NCBI GenBank assembly: GCA_050011835.1
Contig: JBEKII010000001.1
Location: 86,473-150,472, forward strand
Source of the DNA: Minisyncoccia bacterium
Lineage (GTDB): Bacteria > Patescibacteriota > Minisyncoccia > Phycocordibacterales > Phycocordibacteraceae
Direction: 5' to 3'
DNA: 64,000 nucleotides
Shown: positions 9,889 through 18,732 of the stretch, piece after piece
Layout: every line of letters begins with the position of its first letter
How positions within the stretch are numbered: position 1 is the first letter of the stretch
Notes under the pieces: model-generated
The model's input: only the letters and a program-made list of their open reading frames with translations
Database searches by the model: none
Told to the model about the DNA's origin: nothing
Made by a program: the position numbers and the translations under genes

Positions 9889-10260
9889 TTATTCTTTGAC
9901 GATGAGATTTTTCATTCGCGGGGTGCGGAGTTTATTGTGCGGAACCATCCCGTCTACCGTTTTCCTGACGACCTCGGTAATGCCTTTCTTCGCAATCATT
10001 TCTTCCATGCTGGTTTTATACAGCCCTCCCGGGTAACCGGTGTAACGCGTATAGATGGTGCCTTGCGTGCGACGCGTGGGAAGATGCAATTTACTCGCGT
10101 TGGTGATGGTGACCGTCACTGGTATTACTTGATTCTTCGCGAAATGTACCGAGCGCTTGCCCAAAAGCGCGTGCGCTGCCTCGCTCGCTACGCGCCCGAG
10201 GGTGCGGTCGGTCGCATCAATTGTGTATGTTGTCGGCTGCGGTTTTGTGTTGCTGGTCAT
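9889..10260 (-). CDS. rplM: 50S ribosomal protein L13
   Basis: TYTIDATDRTLGRVASEAAHALLGK...TGYPGGLYKTSMEEMIAKK... matches the L13 family. Its stop overlaps the rpsI start. Confidence 0.9.
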   Translation of the reverse strand: MTSNTKPQPTTYTIDATDRTLGRVASEAAHALLGKRSVHFAKNQVIPVTVTITNASKLHLPTRRTQGTIYTRYTGYPGGLYKTSMEEMIAKKGITEVVRKTVDGMVPHNKLRTPRMKNLIVKE

Positions 10261-10275
10261 ACGGAGATAGGGATA

Positions 10276-10626
10276 CTAGACAAAGGCGATATACGCAAGT
10301 TTTCGGGCGTCGTTGCTGCCTCGCTTGGCGCGCTTCACCACGCGTGTATATCCGCCGGCGCGCTTCTCGTATCGCGGCCCAATTGAGTCAAAAAGTTTTT
10401 TCACCGCGACGTCATCAACGAGATGCGCTTTCGCGAGACGGCGGCTCGCGAGCGTATTTTTCTTCGCGTACGTCACCAGACGTTCAACAAACGGGCGCAG
10501 TGCCTTCGCTTTTGCCTCGGTGGTTGAAATGCGCTCTTTTATTATCAACGAACGCGCGAGGGAACGCATAAGCGCCCGATACTGATTGCTCGGGCGGCTG
10601 AAACGTGCCTTACGGGCGAATGTCAT
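10276..10626 (-). CDS. rplQ: 50S ribosomal protein L17
   Basis: 116-aa basic protein reading RALMRSLARSLIIKERISTTEAKAKALRPFVERLVTYAK, lying directly downstream of rpoA. This is the canonical alpha-operon position. Confidence 0.85.
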   Translation of the reverse strand: MTFARKARFSRPSNQYRALMRSLARSLIIKERISTTEAKAKALRPFVERLVTYAKKNTLASRRLAKAHLVDDVAVKKLFDSIGPRYEKRAGGYTRVVKRAKRGSNDARKLAYIAFV

Positions 10627-10629
10627 ATG

Positions 10630-11586
10630 TTATTCGCTCTTGAGCGTGAGTCCGAAGCCGGCAAGCGCCTTAGAGATTTCCTCTACCGCCTTCTCGCCGA
10701 TTCCATCAATTTCTTTGAGCGCACTCGCCGACCTTCGCGCGATACCGGCGGCACTTTTAATACCGGCATCTTCCAGAGCCGAGGTGACGCGCGCTGAAAG
10801 ACCGAGTTCGGCGATTTTAATCTTCGCGGCGCCTGCATCAGGCGCCGCATCCTTCGTTGCTTTGGCAGAGGAGGACATATCTCCGTTTATTGGCGCGCTT
10901 TCCTGGAAACCGATAACCGCCCGAAGCTGGTGAATCATTGTTTCAATTGATTTTTCCAGAGCATCGCGCGGCGTCATGGTGCCGTTAGTTTCAATAAAAA
11001 TTCGCAGGCGATTAAAGTCGGTGCGGTCGCCGACGCGCATGTTTTCAACTTCGTAATTTACACGGCGGATAGGTGTGAATGTTGCATCAAGCGCGATCAT
11101 GCCAATGTCAACTTTTTCGTTGGTCAAAACCTCACGCGGAACGTATCCGAGACCGCGCTCAATCGTCGCTTCCAATTCTAGAGACGCTTTTCCTGAAAGG
11201 TCGGCGATATGCTGTTCCGGATTTTTTATTTCCACCTGGCTCGGAAGAGTGAAATTTTTCGCCGTCACTTCGGTCGTGCCTTTAGCTGTAAGTGATATGG
11301 TTTGCGGCTCGTCACCATGGAGAACGAAGTGGACGCGCTTGAGATTCAAAAGTATTTCCATTACCGTTTCGCGCACGCCATCAATAGTGGCGAATTCATG
11401 CGGAACGCCCTCAATTTTCACTCGTGTGACGGCCGCGCCGGGAAGCGAAGAAAGGATAATGCGGCGCAGAGAATTGCCGAGCGTGTGGCCGTATCCCGGA
11501 TAGAGCGAATCAATCTCGTACACGCCTTGCATATTTTCTTCAGAAACAATGCGGGGCTTACTGGGAAGTGTGATGTGGTATTCCAT
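10630..11586 (-). CDS. rpoA: DNA-directed RNA polymerase subunit alpha
   Basis: 318-aa ORF with an N-terminal dimerisation domain (GYGHTLGNSLRRILLSS-like: GYGHTLGNSLRRIILSSLPGAAV) and a C-terminal alpha-CTD helix-hairpin-helix (LSARVTSALEDAGIKSAAGIA). Confidence 0.9.
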   Translation of the reverse strand: MEYHITLPSKPRIVSEENMQGVYEIDSLYPGYGHTLGNSLRRIILSSLPGAAVTRVKIEGVPHEFATIDGVRETVMEILLNLKRVHFVLHGDEPQTISLTAKGTTEVTAKNFTLPSQVEIKNPEQHIADLSGKASLELEATIERGLGYVPREVLTNEKVDIGMIALDATFTPIRRVNYEVENMRVGDRTDFNRLRIFIETNGTMTPRDALEKSIETMIHQLRAVIGFQESAPINGDMSSSAKATKDAAPDAGAAKIKIAELGLSARVTSALEDAGIKSAAGIARRSASALKEIDGIGEKAVEEISKALAGFGLTLKSE

Positions 11587-11628
11587 AACTCAATCGTAAT
11601 TACCAATTAAATAAAACCGCGAATAATA

Positions 11629-12243
11629 TTATCTCGTATAGAACGAGAGCACCGCGACCAAGTCGCCCGCCGGGTCCGCGGAGGCCGCCGTCGGGCGTTC
11701 AATAACCGAACCCTCCATCGTTTTCGGATTCCACGAGAGCCATGATGGAAGTGGGCGCTCGTGGAAGCGCTCGGCAAATCCAACCAACACGCCATGTTCT
11801 TTTGAACCCTCGCGCACTTTAAGATGGTCGCCGACATGAAGCGTCTGTGAGGGAATACGACTTTTTTTGCCATCAACTTCTATGTGACCATGTGCGACCA
11901 TCTGACGCGCTGCGCGGCGGCTGGGAGCGAGGCCAAGCCGCCACACCACATTATCAAGTCGGAGTTCAAGAAGCTCGTGGAGATGCTCGGTCGGCCTTGC
12001 GTCGTGCGTGGCGGTAAGCGCCTTGCGCACATAATTGCGAAACTGACGCTCGGGAAGACCATACGTTATGCGGACTTTTTGTTTTTCCAACATTTGTTTT
12101 GCGTATTCGCTCTGACGACCGCGGGCGCGGCGCTTGTTTTTCGCACTGCGGTCGGCGGAAAGCGCAAACTTTTGCGTCTGCGCCTTTTCAAAAACGGATG
12201 CGCCGAGGCGTTTTGCTATTTTGTATCGCGGGCCAGTTTTCAT
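11629..12243 (-). CDS. rpsD: 30S ribosomal protein S4
   Basis: 204 aa with an S4 RNA-binding domain (RLDNVVWRLGLAPSRRAARQMVAHGHIEVDGKK). Confidence 0.9.
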   Translation of the reverse strand: MKTGPRYKIAKRLGASVFEKAQTQKFALSADRSAKNKRRARGRQSEYAKQMLEKQKVRITYGLPERQFRNYVRKALTATHDARPTEHLHELLELRLDNVVWRLGLAPSRRAARQMVAHGHIEVDGKKSRIPSQTLHVGDHLKVREGSKEHGVLVGFAERFHERPLPSWLSWNPKTMEGSVIERPTAASADPAGDLVAVLSFYTR

Positions 12244-12265
12244 GTCGTGTGCGGGGCTCGGCTCG

Positions 12266-12700
12266 TTACACTCGCCTCGGCTTGGGCGGACGCGGGCCGT
12301 TATGCGGCACTGGCGTCACGTCTTTAATTGAACGAATTTGGATGCCCTTGCCCGAAAAAGCGCGAAGTACCGACTCGCGACCGGCGCCGACACCGCAAAT
12401 AATGACCGAAACCTCTTTCAGTCCGATAAGAGCGCTTTTTTCGCCGAGAAATTCGCCGACCTTTGCCGCCGCATACGGCGTTGACTTTCGCGCACCGGAG
12501 AAACCGAGCGCTCCCGCGCTGGAGCTGACGACTGCATTCCCTTTCTCATCCGTAATAATGGCTTTCGTATTGTTGAAAGTCGCTTCAATACGAAGAACTC
12601 CCTTTTCCAAATGACGCTTGGTAACTTTTGAGAGTGCGCGTTCCTTTCTTCCGGGGTCAAGTCCTCGGCCGCTCTTTTTGATGATGCGTTTCTTTCCCAT
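12266..12700 (-). CDS. rpsK: 30S ribosomal protein S11
   Basis: GVLRIEATFNNTKAIITDEKGNAVVSSSAGALGFSGARKSTPYAAA... matches the S11 family. Confidence 0.9.
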   Translation of the reverse strand: MGKKRIIKKSGRGLDPGRKERALSKVTKRHLEKGVLRIEATFNNTKAIITDEKGNAVVSSSAGALGFSGARKSTPYAAAKVGEFLGEKSALIGLKEVSVIICGVGAGRESVLRAFSGKGIQIRSIKDVTPVPHNGPRPPKPRRV

Positions 12701-12703
12701 AGT

Positions 12704-13084
12704 TTATGTTTTCTCAAGAGTGCGACGGCCGGACGTCATCGTTTTCCGCACATTGCCGTGGCGCGTACGCGAATTTGTTTTAGTGCGTTGGCCGCGCACC
12801 GGCAAGCCGCGCGTATGACGTTCACCGCGAGCAGAACGAATATCTTTCAATCGCTTAATATTTTGCCCGATTTCGCGGCGCAACGCGCCTTCAATCACAA
12901 AAGATTCCGTGAGCGAACGGATCTTTTGTTCCTCATCGTTTGAGAGCTCGCTTCCTTTCTTGGCCACGGAGACGTTTGCTGTTTTCAGGATTTCTCGCGC
13001 ACGAGTCGGTCCAATGCCAAAAATAAGCGGCAGTGCATACGCGAGCTGCTTGTCATCGGGAATGGTGACGCCGGCGATGCGCAT
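12704..13084 (-). CDS. rpsM: 30S ribosomal protein S13
   Basis: MRIAGVTIPDDKQLAYALPLIFGIGPTRAREIL... is the canonical S13 N-terminus. Confidence 0.9.
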   Translation of the reverse strand: MRIAGVTIPDDKQLAYALPLIFGIGPTRAREILKTANVSVAKKGSELSNDEEQKIRSLTESFVIEGALRREIGQNIKRLKDIRSARGERHTRGLPVRGQRTKTNSRTRHGNVRKTMTSGRRTLEKT

Positions 13085-13091
13085 GCGAAAA

Positions 13092-13208
13092 TTAACCCTG
13101 ACGCGCCTTTCGGCGAGGGTTTTTCTTATTGATACGATACAAACGCCCGCCGCGACGGACGAGCTGATCTCCTTGCTGCTGTTTCTTTATGGAAGCGCGA
13201 ACTTTCAT
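13092..13208 (-). CDS. rpmJ: 50S ribosomal protein L36 (Cys-less, zinc-independent form)
   Basis: A 38-aa ORF missed by the ORF track: [38 protein letters not shown]. It aligns to the L36 consensus MKVRASVKK...KHKQRQG but lacks the Cys/His zinc ligands. It sits between infA and rpsM, the canonical position. Confidence 0.75.
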   Translation of the reverse strand: MKVRASIKKQQQGDQLVRRGGRLYRINKKNPRRKARQG

Positions 13209-13224
13209 CAATGTGTGAATTATA

Positions 13225-13464
13225 TTATGTTAATCGGCGCACAATTCTCGCCCTCCCTCCATAGGGGTCAAGCACCATATCTACCTGGTCGCCGACCAGA
13301 ACGCGAATACGGTGTAAACGCATCTTGCCTGCAAGATAGGCGAGCACCAGCTCCCCTTCTTTCTCTCCCCCATTTGCCGTAAGACGAACGCGAAAAAGCG
13401 AACTCGGCAGCACCTCTTCAACAACACCAACCGCCGTTGTTTTCGTTTCTTCTCCTTCAGTCAT
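13225..13464 (-). CDS. infA: translation initiation factor IF-1
   Basis: 79 aa reading [66 protein letters not shown], matching the S1-like OB fold of IF-1. Confidence 0.9.
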   Translation of the reverse strand: MTEGEETKTTAVGVVEEVLPSSLFRVRLTANGGEKEGELVLAYLAGKMRLHRIRVLVGDQVDMVLDPYGGRARIVRRLT

Positions 13465-13504
13465 GCAGATGCATATATCAATCTAGCAGGTGTCTGGAAA
13501 ATCG

Positions 13505-14734
13505 TCAATGCGCGGCAACCGTCACGACCGAGATGGCGGATGGGTCCTGCGGGAACGTCTGCCTCCAAAACGGTCGGAGGATGATAACGGCGCGTTTCAC
13601 TTCCGGATAATTTGTCAGTGTCACTTCGGCAGCAGACCGCGTCTCTCCCGCAACAGCCGCCGCGATGTGTACCGGGTCAACGGTATATACAAGCGAGGCC
13701 GTACCGGCAATGGTAAATGAAAATGTTGAAGCGCTTGAATCAGGAACACCGCCGCTGGCCGCGAGCAAAAGACCGTTTGCGGAAGTGAGCGTCAGTGGTT
13801 CTTCGTGGTAATTAAGACCCGTGACGGAAGAAGCGATTGCCTTGGCAAGCGCGGCATTCGGGAAAACAACCGCTGTCATCGTTCCTTGTTCCTTTACATC
13901 CACCATGCCGGTTGTTAAGGAAGGTGTTGGTGTAAGTTCTTGGTACGTTGTCGTCGCTGCGCCCGGCACCAGCACATAACCAGACGGAATTTGCGTTTGA
14001 ATACTTAAGGAAAGGTCCGAGCCGAGAGCAGCAATGAGAGCACTGACGGTCTTGGCTTCAGTCGCACTGTCTACAATCGGCACTGACCCAGAAGAGCCGC
14101 CGGTCATTGCTGTTGATGAACGCGCATATACTTTGTTTGCTTGTGGCATTCCGGCAAATCCCGGAATAATGAAAGACGTGGAGGCGACATTATACGAATC
14201 GCCCGCCTGGTCGGCAAAAACTTTCGCTGTTATACTACCGGGTTTTGAAGCAGTGCCACCCGGCACTGTTACCGCTGAATGAATGCGGAAAACGAGACCG
14301 GCGGAGGTCGCGAATCGAGTATTTGTGATAAGCCGTTGACTCTGATTTTGCGTGTTATAGATAGTAATGGTTCCGGAAGCGGAAGAATTTACTGTTTTGG
14401 TGCCGCTGCTGGTAACGCTCTGCGATGCCGTCTTTTGCGTTGCAATTATCTTGAAGGGCAAATTGCCATTGTTTTGATTCGCCGTGAATGAACTTTGAAC
14501 CGTTGCGGAAACAGTGCTCGGAGTTATTTCAATTTTAGCGCTGGAAAAATAAAAAAGCGCGCCGAGCGATACGACAATAATAAAGACAATCACACCGAGC
14601 GTTATGTACGGGAATCGAAATTGATGCGGCGGCTTCTGGACGGTTGGCCTATTGTTATTATTGTTAAGCGGCGGCGGAGTACCTGGCCCGTCCTTGCGGC
14701 GAGACGGTGGAATAATATCATCAAGTGTGTACAT
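13505..14734 (-). CDS. hypothetical membrane-anchored protein with Ser/Thr-rich extracellular domain
   Basis: 409 aa with an N-terminal Pro/Asn-rich cytoplasmic tail, one TM helix (ITLGVIVFIIVVSLGALFYF) and a long S/T/A-rich ectodomain. It follows 14753..15814 on the same strand. Confidence 0.5.
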   Translation of the reverse strand: MYTLDDIIPPSRRKDGPGTPPPLNNNNNRPTVQKPPHQFRFPYITLGVIVFIIVVSLGALFYFSSAKIEITPSTVSATVQSSFTANQNNGNLPFKIIATQKTASQSVTSSGTKTVNSSASGTITIYNTQNQSQRLITNTRFATSAGLVFRIHSAVTVPGGTASKPGSITAKVFADQAGDSYNVASTSFIIPGFAGMPQANKVYARSSTAMTGGSSGSVPIVDSATEAKTVSALIAALGSDLSLSIQTQIPSGYVLVPGAATTTYQELTPTPSLTTGMVDVKEQGTMTAVVFPNAALAKAIASSVTGLNYHEEPLTLTSANGLLLAASGGVPDSSASTFSFTIAGTASLVYTVDPVHIAAAVAGETRSAAEVTLTNYPEVKRAVIILRPFWRQTFPQDPSAISVVTVAAH

Positions 14735-14752
14735 AAGGAGAGTATATCATCA

Positions 14753-15814
14753 CTAAGATGATTTTTCTTTCAAACCGTGGTGTTGATAGTACAGCATCAT
14801 AAAAAGCAGTTGCAAATCCGGAGGCGCGACAGCCATCTGTCGTATTGAACCGGCAATATGGCTCGCGAGGACGGGAACAACCTTTGGCGGATTGTCCGAG
14901 AGCCAAAGTTGCCCGAAATGCGTCACATCAAGCGCATGATGAAGAGAAGAAATTTCTGATTCTCGTGCAAGCAAAAAGATGGTTCGCGGCAAGGGATAAT
15001 ACTTCGCGAGTTCGGCGAATTCGCCCGCCACTTTTTCTGTCCACAAATGGTCGTTGACAGTATACGGTGTCTCAATTTTAGAAAGCATGACGAGGAGACC
15101 CTTGCGTAAAAGTGCGATAGAGGTTAACGGCCCGGCCACATCAAGAATAAGTCCTTCGCGCTCGTGAGGAAACACGATGAGCATCGCCTGATAACGCAAG
15201 GAGTTGCCGACGATGAACAAGATATGCCTCGTATGAAAAAGTCCTCGGAGAGTAGACATGATGTTTTTGGAAACATTTTTATCAATGGATGACGTCAGAA
15301 TGACCAAGGCGGCGCGATGCACTTTTTTCCCATACGGATTATGTGTTTCATAACCGTTCAAGATGGTGCCGATAATGCTCTCGTCAACGAGGAGCTTTTC
15401 CGGCGGGATAACACTTGTCTTCTCCACTACTGAAGCAACAATGCTTTTGGTAAAGACGAAGGGATTTTCTCGTTCAAAATGCTCTGTGCGCACTCTTGTT
15501 TCTTGCCACGGCGTATCAACCGAAACGAAAATAGTTTCCACACTTCCGCTACCCGTCGTACGCATAAGAACTGGCGCGCCTTCACGAATAAGTTCATTGC
15601 CGAGCATGAGAAGCGTGCGCAACATGGCCTGCTCTTCTGGTTCGTCCTTTCGGATTTCTATGGGAAAGCGTCGCATATAGAGCAAAACGGGCGTTTTCTC
15701 TTCTTCAAAGCAAGCATAGGCGCCCGCAACTGAATCCGCGGCAATATCTATAAGTATGACTGATTCAGCATGTTTCTCTTTGTGAAAGATATTCAAAAAA
15801 CCCATTGATTTCAT
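14753..15814 (-). CDS. hypothetical protein (possible actin-like ATPase fold, PilM/FtsA-like N-terminus)
   Basis: The start is set at the internal ATG (MKSMGFLNIF), since the ORF-track extension lacks support. VILIDIAADSVAGAY resembles the first phosphate-binding motif of actin-fold ATPases. This is an unconfirmed guess. Confidence 0.4.
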   Translation of the reverse strand: MKSMGFLNIFHKEKHAESVILIDIAADSVAGAYACFEEEKTPVLLYMRRFPIEIRKDEPEEQAMLRTLLMLGNELIREGAPVLMRTTGSGSVETIFVSVDTPWQETRVRTEHFERENPFVFTKSIVASVVEKTSVIPPEKLLVDESIIGTILNGYETHNPYGKKVHRAALVILTSSIDKNVSKNIMSTLRGLFHTRHILFIVGNSLRYQAMLIVFPHEREGLILDVAGPLTSIALLRKGLLVMLSKIETPYTVNDHLWTEKVAGEFAELAKYYPLPRTIFLLARESEISSLHHALDVTHFGQLWLSDNPPKVVPVLASHIAGSIRQMAVAPPDLQLLFMMLYYQHHGLKEKSS

Positions 15815-15942
15815 TCTAGCATCGTACAAAACAGAAATGAGTAAGCGCGTGTATAAACAAAAACCGCGTGGGTTCCGTATTGCAAACCGAAGTTCGCAAG
15901 TTAGAACCGCACGCGGCTGAAAGATCTTTTGACTAAAAACCT

Positions 15943-16824
15943 TCACTTCGCCCTGGCAGAGACGAGCTTCAACCATTTAATCGAGACGACATTGTATTCA
16001 ACGCCGCCAACGATCGCCCCGATTATTGCGCCAGCGATGGGACTTCCGAAAAAGAAGCCGACCACAACGCCGATGAAAGCAGCGATGGAGCGAATCCTCC
16101 GCTTTTTGGAATGTGCATAGATGAACATTCTGGCGATAAATTGGCCAGCCGTCTTGGCTGCCACTACCAGCGCGGCAGTGCCGATGACCACTGCCGTCGG
16201 CACAAGAGGTACGACGTACCGCAGACCCTTTAGACTGTATTTCAGGGCGTAGTAAACGACACCCACCGGATTCCCTTTAAGAAGTTGCTCGAGGCCGTCT
16301 TTTTTCATTCGCAAGAGCATCTTCTTATATTCCTCATCCGAATGTTGTTTCGGTCGGCTGGTAGCCCCCAATGCTATGACTAGAGCCATTAGAAGAAGTA
16401 CTCCCGACAACGCTGAAATCAAGACAGGAACAGTGGCAGCGCTCGACGGAGCCTCTTTTCTGATGGGCACGATTTGAGGTTCCAAAGAAGAGGGGGACAA
16501 AAAAGAAACGAGATAGAAAAGGCCAAAAAAGCCTATATACATAGTGATTCCCAACGTCACAACGCCAAGAAAGGTTGCTCCGACCGTCTTCCAGTAGAGT
16601 AGATCGGGTTTCCAGGCGATGGTGTCGCGATATGCGTGTACAATACTAGCCCACAGTTGTTTGAATTCTCCCGCGCACCAGGCGATAGCGCCCCCTAAAA
16701 ACGCGCCAGAAATCCAAAGATACCCTCCATAAGCGAGACGCAACTGAATTTCGCGAGCGCATAAGCCGCCAATAAGCGCGCCAAAAGCGCATCCCAACAT
16801 AATTGACCACGTTTCTTTTTTCAT
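15943..16824 (-). CDS. hypothetical polytopic membrane protein
   Basis: A GGGGAGGAAAGG RBS sits 2 nt before the ATG (MKKETWSIML). Multiple Gly-rich TM helices (GAIIGAIVGG motifs) at both ends flank a charged central loop. Confidence 0.55.
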   Translation of the reverse strand: MKKETWSIMLGCAFGALIGGLCAREIQLRLAYGGYLWISGAFLGGAIAWCAGEFKQLWASIVHAYRDTIAWKPDLLYWKTVGATFLGVVTLGITMYIGFFGLFYLVSFLSPSSLEPQIVPIRKEAPSSAATVPVLISALSGVLLLMALVIALGATSRPKQHSDEEYKKMLLRMKKDGLEQLLKGNPVGVVYYALKYSLKGLRYVVPLVPTAVVIGTAALVVAAKTAGQFIARMFIYAHSKKRRIRSIAAFIGVVVGFFFGSPIAGAIIGAIVGGVEYNVVSIKWLKLVSARAK

Positions 16825-16893
16825 AACCTTTCCTCCCCTCAGATTTTTATGGCTCAATGACAAAGAGCCGATTTATACTCCGGATATATCTTA

Positions 16894-18711
16894 CTACATA
16901 TCTGTTTTATTTGTCAACACCGCTTTGATGCGACGGACGCCGGCAGAAGAGGCCTCTTCTTTAAGAATTTTGAAATGCCCAAGTTCTGAAGTGTTGGAAA
17001 CATGGGGGCCTCCGCAAAATTCTATAGAAAAAGCATTTTCTCGCGGGCCGATGAAATAGACGGAAACCGCATCCGGATATTTCGTCCCGAATTCATGTTC
17101 AGCGCCGAGTTTTTCTGCTTCTTCTTTCACCATAGCTACACGCTCTATCGGCAAGGCCTTTTCAATTTGCTCATTCACTATTTTTTCCACTCTCGCGATT
17201 TGTTCAGGCGTCATTTTCTGTCCATACGAAAAGTCAATGCGCAGGCGCTCGCTGGTGATATTGCTTCCCCGCTGGTGCACATCCGGCCCAAGCACCATCT
17301 GAAGCGCTTTTAAAAGCAGGTGATGTGCCGTGTGATACCGCACTGTTTGTTCTGTGCTATCGGCAAGTCCGCCCGCGAACTTTTGCGTCGCACCCGCGCG
17401 CGAGAGCGCCTGATGTTCTTTCATCTGCTTTTGTACTGCACTGAAATCAATCGATAGTCCGCGCTCTTTCGCAATTTCCGCGGTAAGCTCTATCGGAAAT
17501 CCGTAGGTTGTGAAGAGTTGAAACACGTCTTCTGCGGTAATAGTTCCACGAGCGAATAATCTTTCTAATTGGCGTAAACCACGATCTAGTGTCTTTCGGA
17601 ATTCATTTTCTTCTTCAAGAATTATCGCCGATATGCCAGGTGATCGTTCAAAATCATAAATACCTTTATACGTTTCCATAAACGCTTGGGCTACGAGATT
17701 TAGTCGTCCTTGTTCATACTCAATCTTGTCAGCAAATCGTATCGCACGACGTAAAAGTTTGCGTAGTACATAACCGCGTTCTTTGTTTGATGGAATTACA
17801 CCGTCTCGCATTAAAAATACTGCCGCACGCATGTGGTCAAGGATGATACGGAATGAACGAGCCGTCTTTTCTTCGCCATAGGACTTCCCTGAGTATCTTT
17901 CGAGTACCGCGCGGGCCGCGTCAAATATATCAATGAGAAAAATGTCGGGATTTCCGAGCGCCGCGATAGTCAAACGTTCCAGTCCGCCGCCAAAATCAAC
18001 ATTCTTCTTCGGCAATTCGCTAAAGGTTCCGTCCGCATTCTTGATAAACTGCATAAAAACCGAGTTGCCGATTTCAACGAAACGACCGCAGTCACAGTTC
18101 GGATGACATTCTTTCCCGAACCTTTCGTCATGCGGAGTTCCGAAATCGTAGAACACCTCGGAGTCCGGCCCGCCAATTTCTCCCGAAGGCATTTTACTCG
18201 GCTCGCCCGCCCTACTCCACCAGTTCTTTGCGGCGCCATAAGAAAAAATGCGTTCATCAGGAATGCCGATTTCTTTCCAAATTTCAGTTGATTCGGTATC
18301 CGCTTCCATTCCACTTTCTGTATCGCCGGAAAAAGTCGTCACATAAATTTTTTTCAGGTCAAGTCCTAAACCCTCGTCTTTTGAAGTAAGAAACTCAAAA
18401 AACCATGGTAATTGCTCGCGCTTAAAATAATCACCGAGCGACCAATTGCCGAGCATTTCAAAAAAAGTCGTGTGACGATTATCGCCGACTTCTTCAATAT
18501 CTTCAGCTCGAAATGAAGGTTGCGAATCGGCAAGGCGAGAGCCGCTCGGATGCGGCTGGCCGAGAAGATATGGCACGAGGGGCTGCATGCCGCTACCGGT
18601 AAAAAGTGTTGTCGGGTCGTTTTCGGGTACGAGTGGCGCAGGAGGAATAATCGCGTGCCCGCGTTTTTTGAAAAATTCCAGATAACGTCCCCGCACGTCA
18701 TTGACGGTCAT
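16894..18711 (-). CDS. alaS: alanine--tRNA ligase, short form lacking the C-Ala domain
   Basis: The class-II catalytic core is present (FTGSGMQP, GNWSLGDYFK, FGGGLERL), plus the editing-domain motifs HxxxH (TAHHLL) and CGGPHV. The protein is only ~605 aa and ends right after the editing domain. Confidence 0.85.
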   Translation of the reverse strand: MTVNDVRGRYLEFFKKRGHAIIPPAPLVPENDPTTLFTGSGMQPLVPYLLGQPHPSGSRLADSQPSFRAEDIEEVGDNRHTTFFEMLGNWSLGDYFKREQLPWFFEFLTSKDEGLGLDLKKIYVTTFSGDTESGMEADTESTEIWKEIGIPDERIFSYGAAKNWWSRAGEPSKMPSGEIGGPDSEVFYDFGTPHDERFGKECHPNCDCGRFVEIGNSVFMQFIKNADGTFSELPKKNVDFGGGLERLTIAALGNPDIFLIDIFDAARAVLERYSGKSYGEEKTARSFRIILDHMRAAVFLMRDGVIPSNKERGYVLRKLLRRAIRFADKIEYEQGRLNLVAQAFMETYKGIYDFERSPGISAIILEEENEFRKTLDRGLRQLERLFARGTITAEDVFQLFTTYGFPIELTAEIAKERGLSIDFSAVQKQMKEHQALSRAGATQKFAGGLADSTEQTVRYHTAHHLLLKALQMVLGPDVHQRGSNITSERLRIDFSYGQKMTPEQIARVEKIVNEQIEKALPIERVAMVKEEAEKLGAEHEFGTKYPDAVSVYFIGPRENAFSIEFCGGPHVSNTSELGHFKILKEEASSAGVRRIKAVLTNKTDM

Positions 18712-18732
18712 ATGGAGAAAAGATAGCACAAT

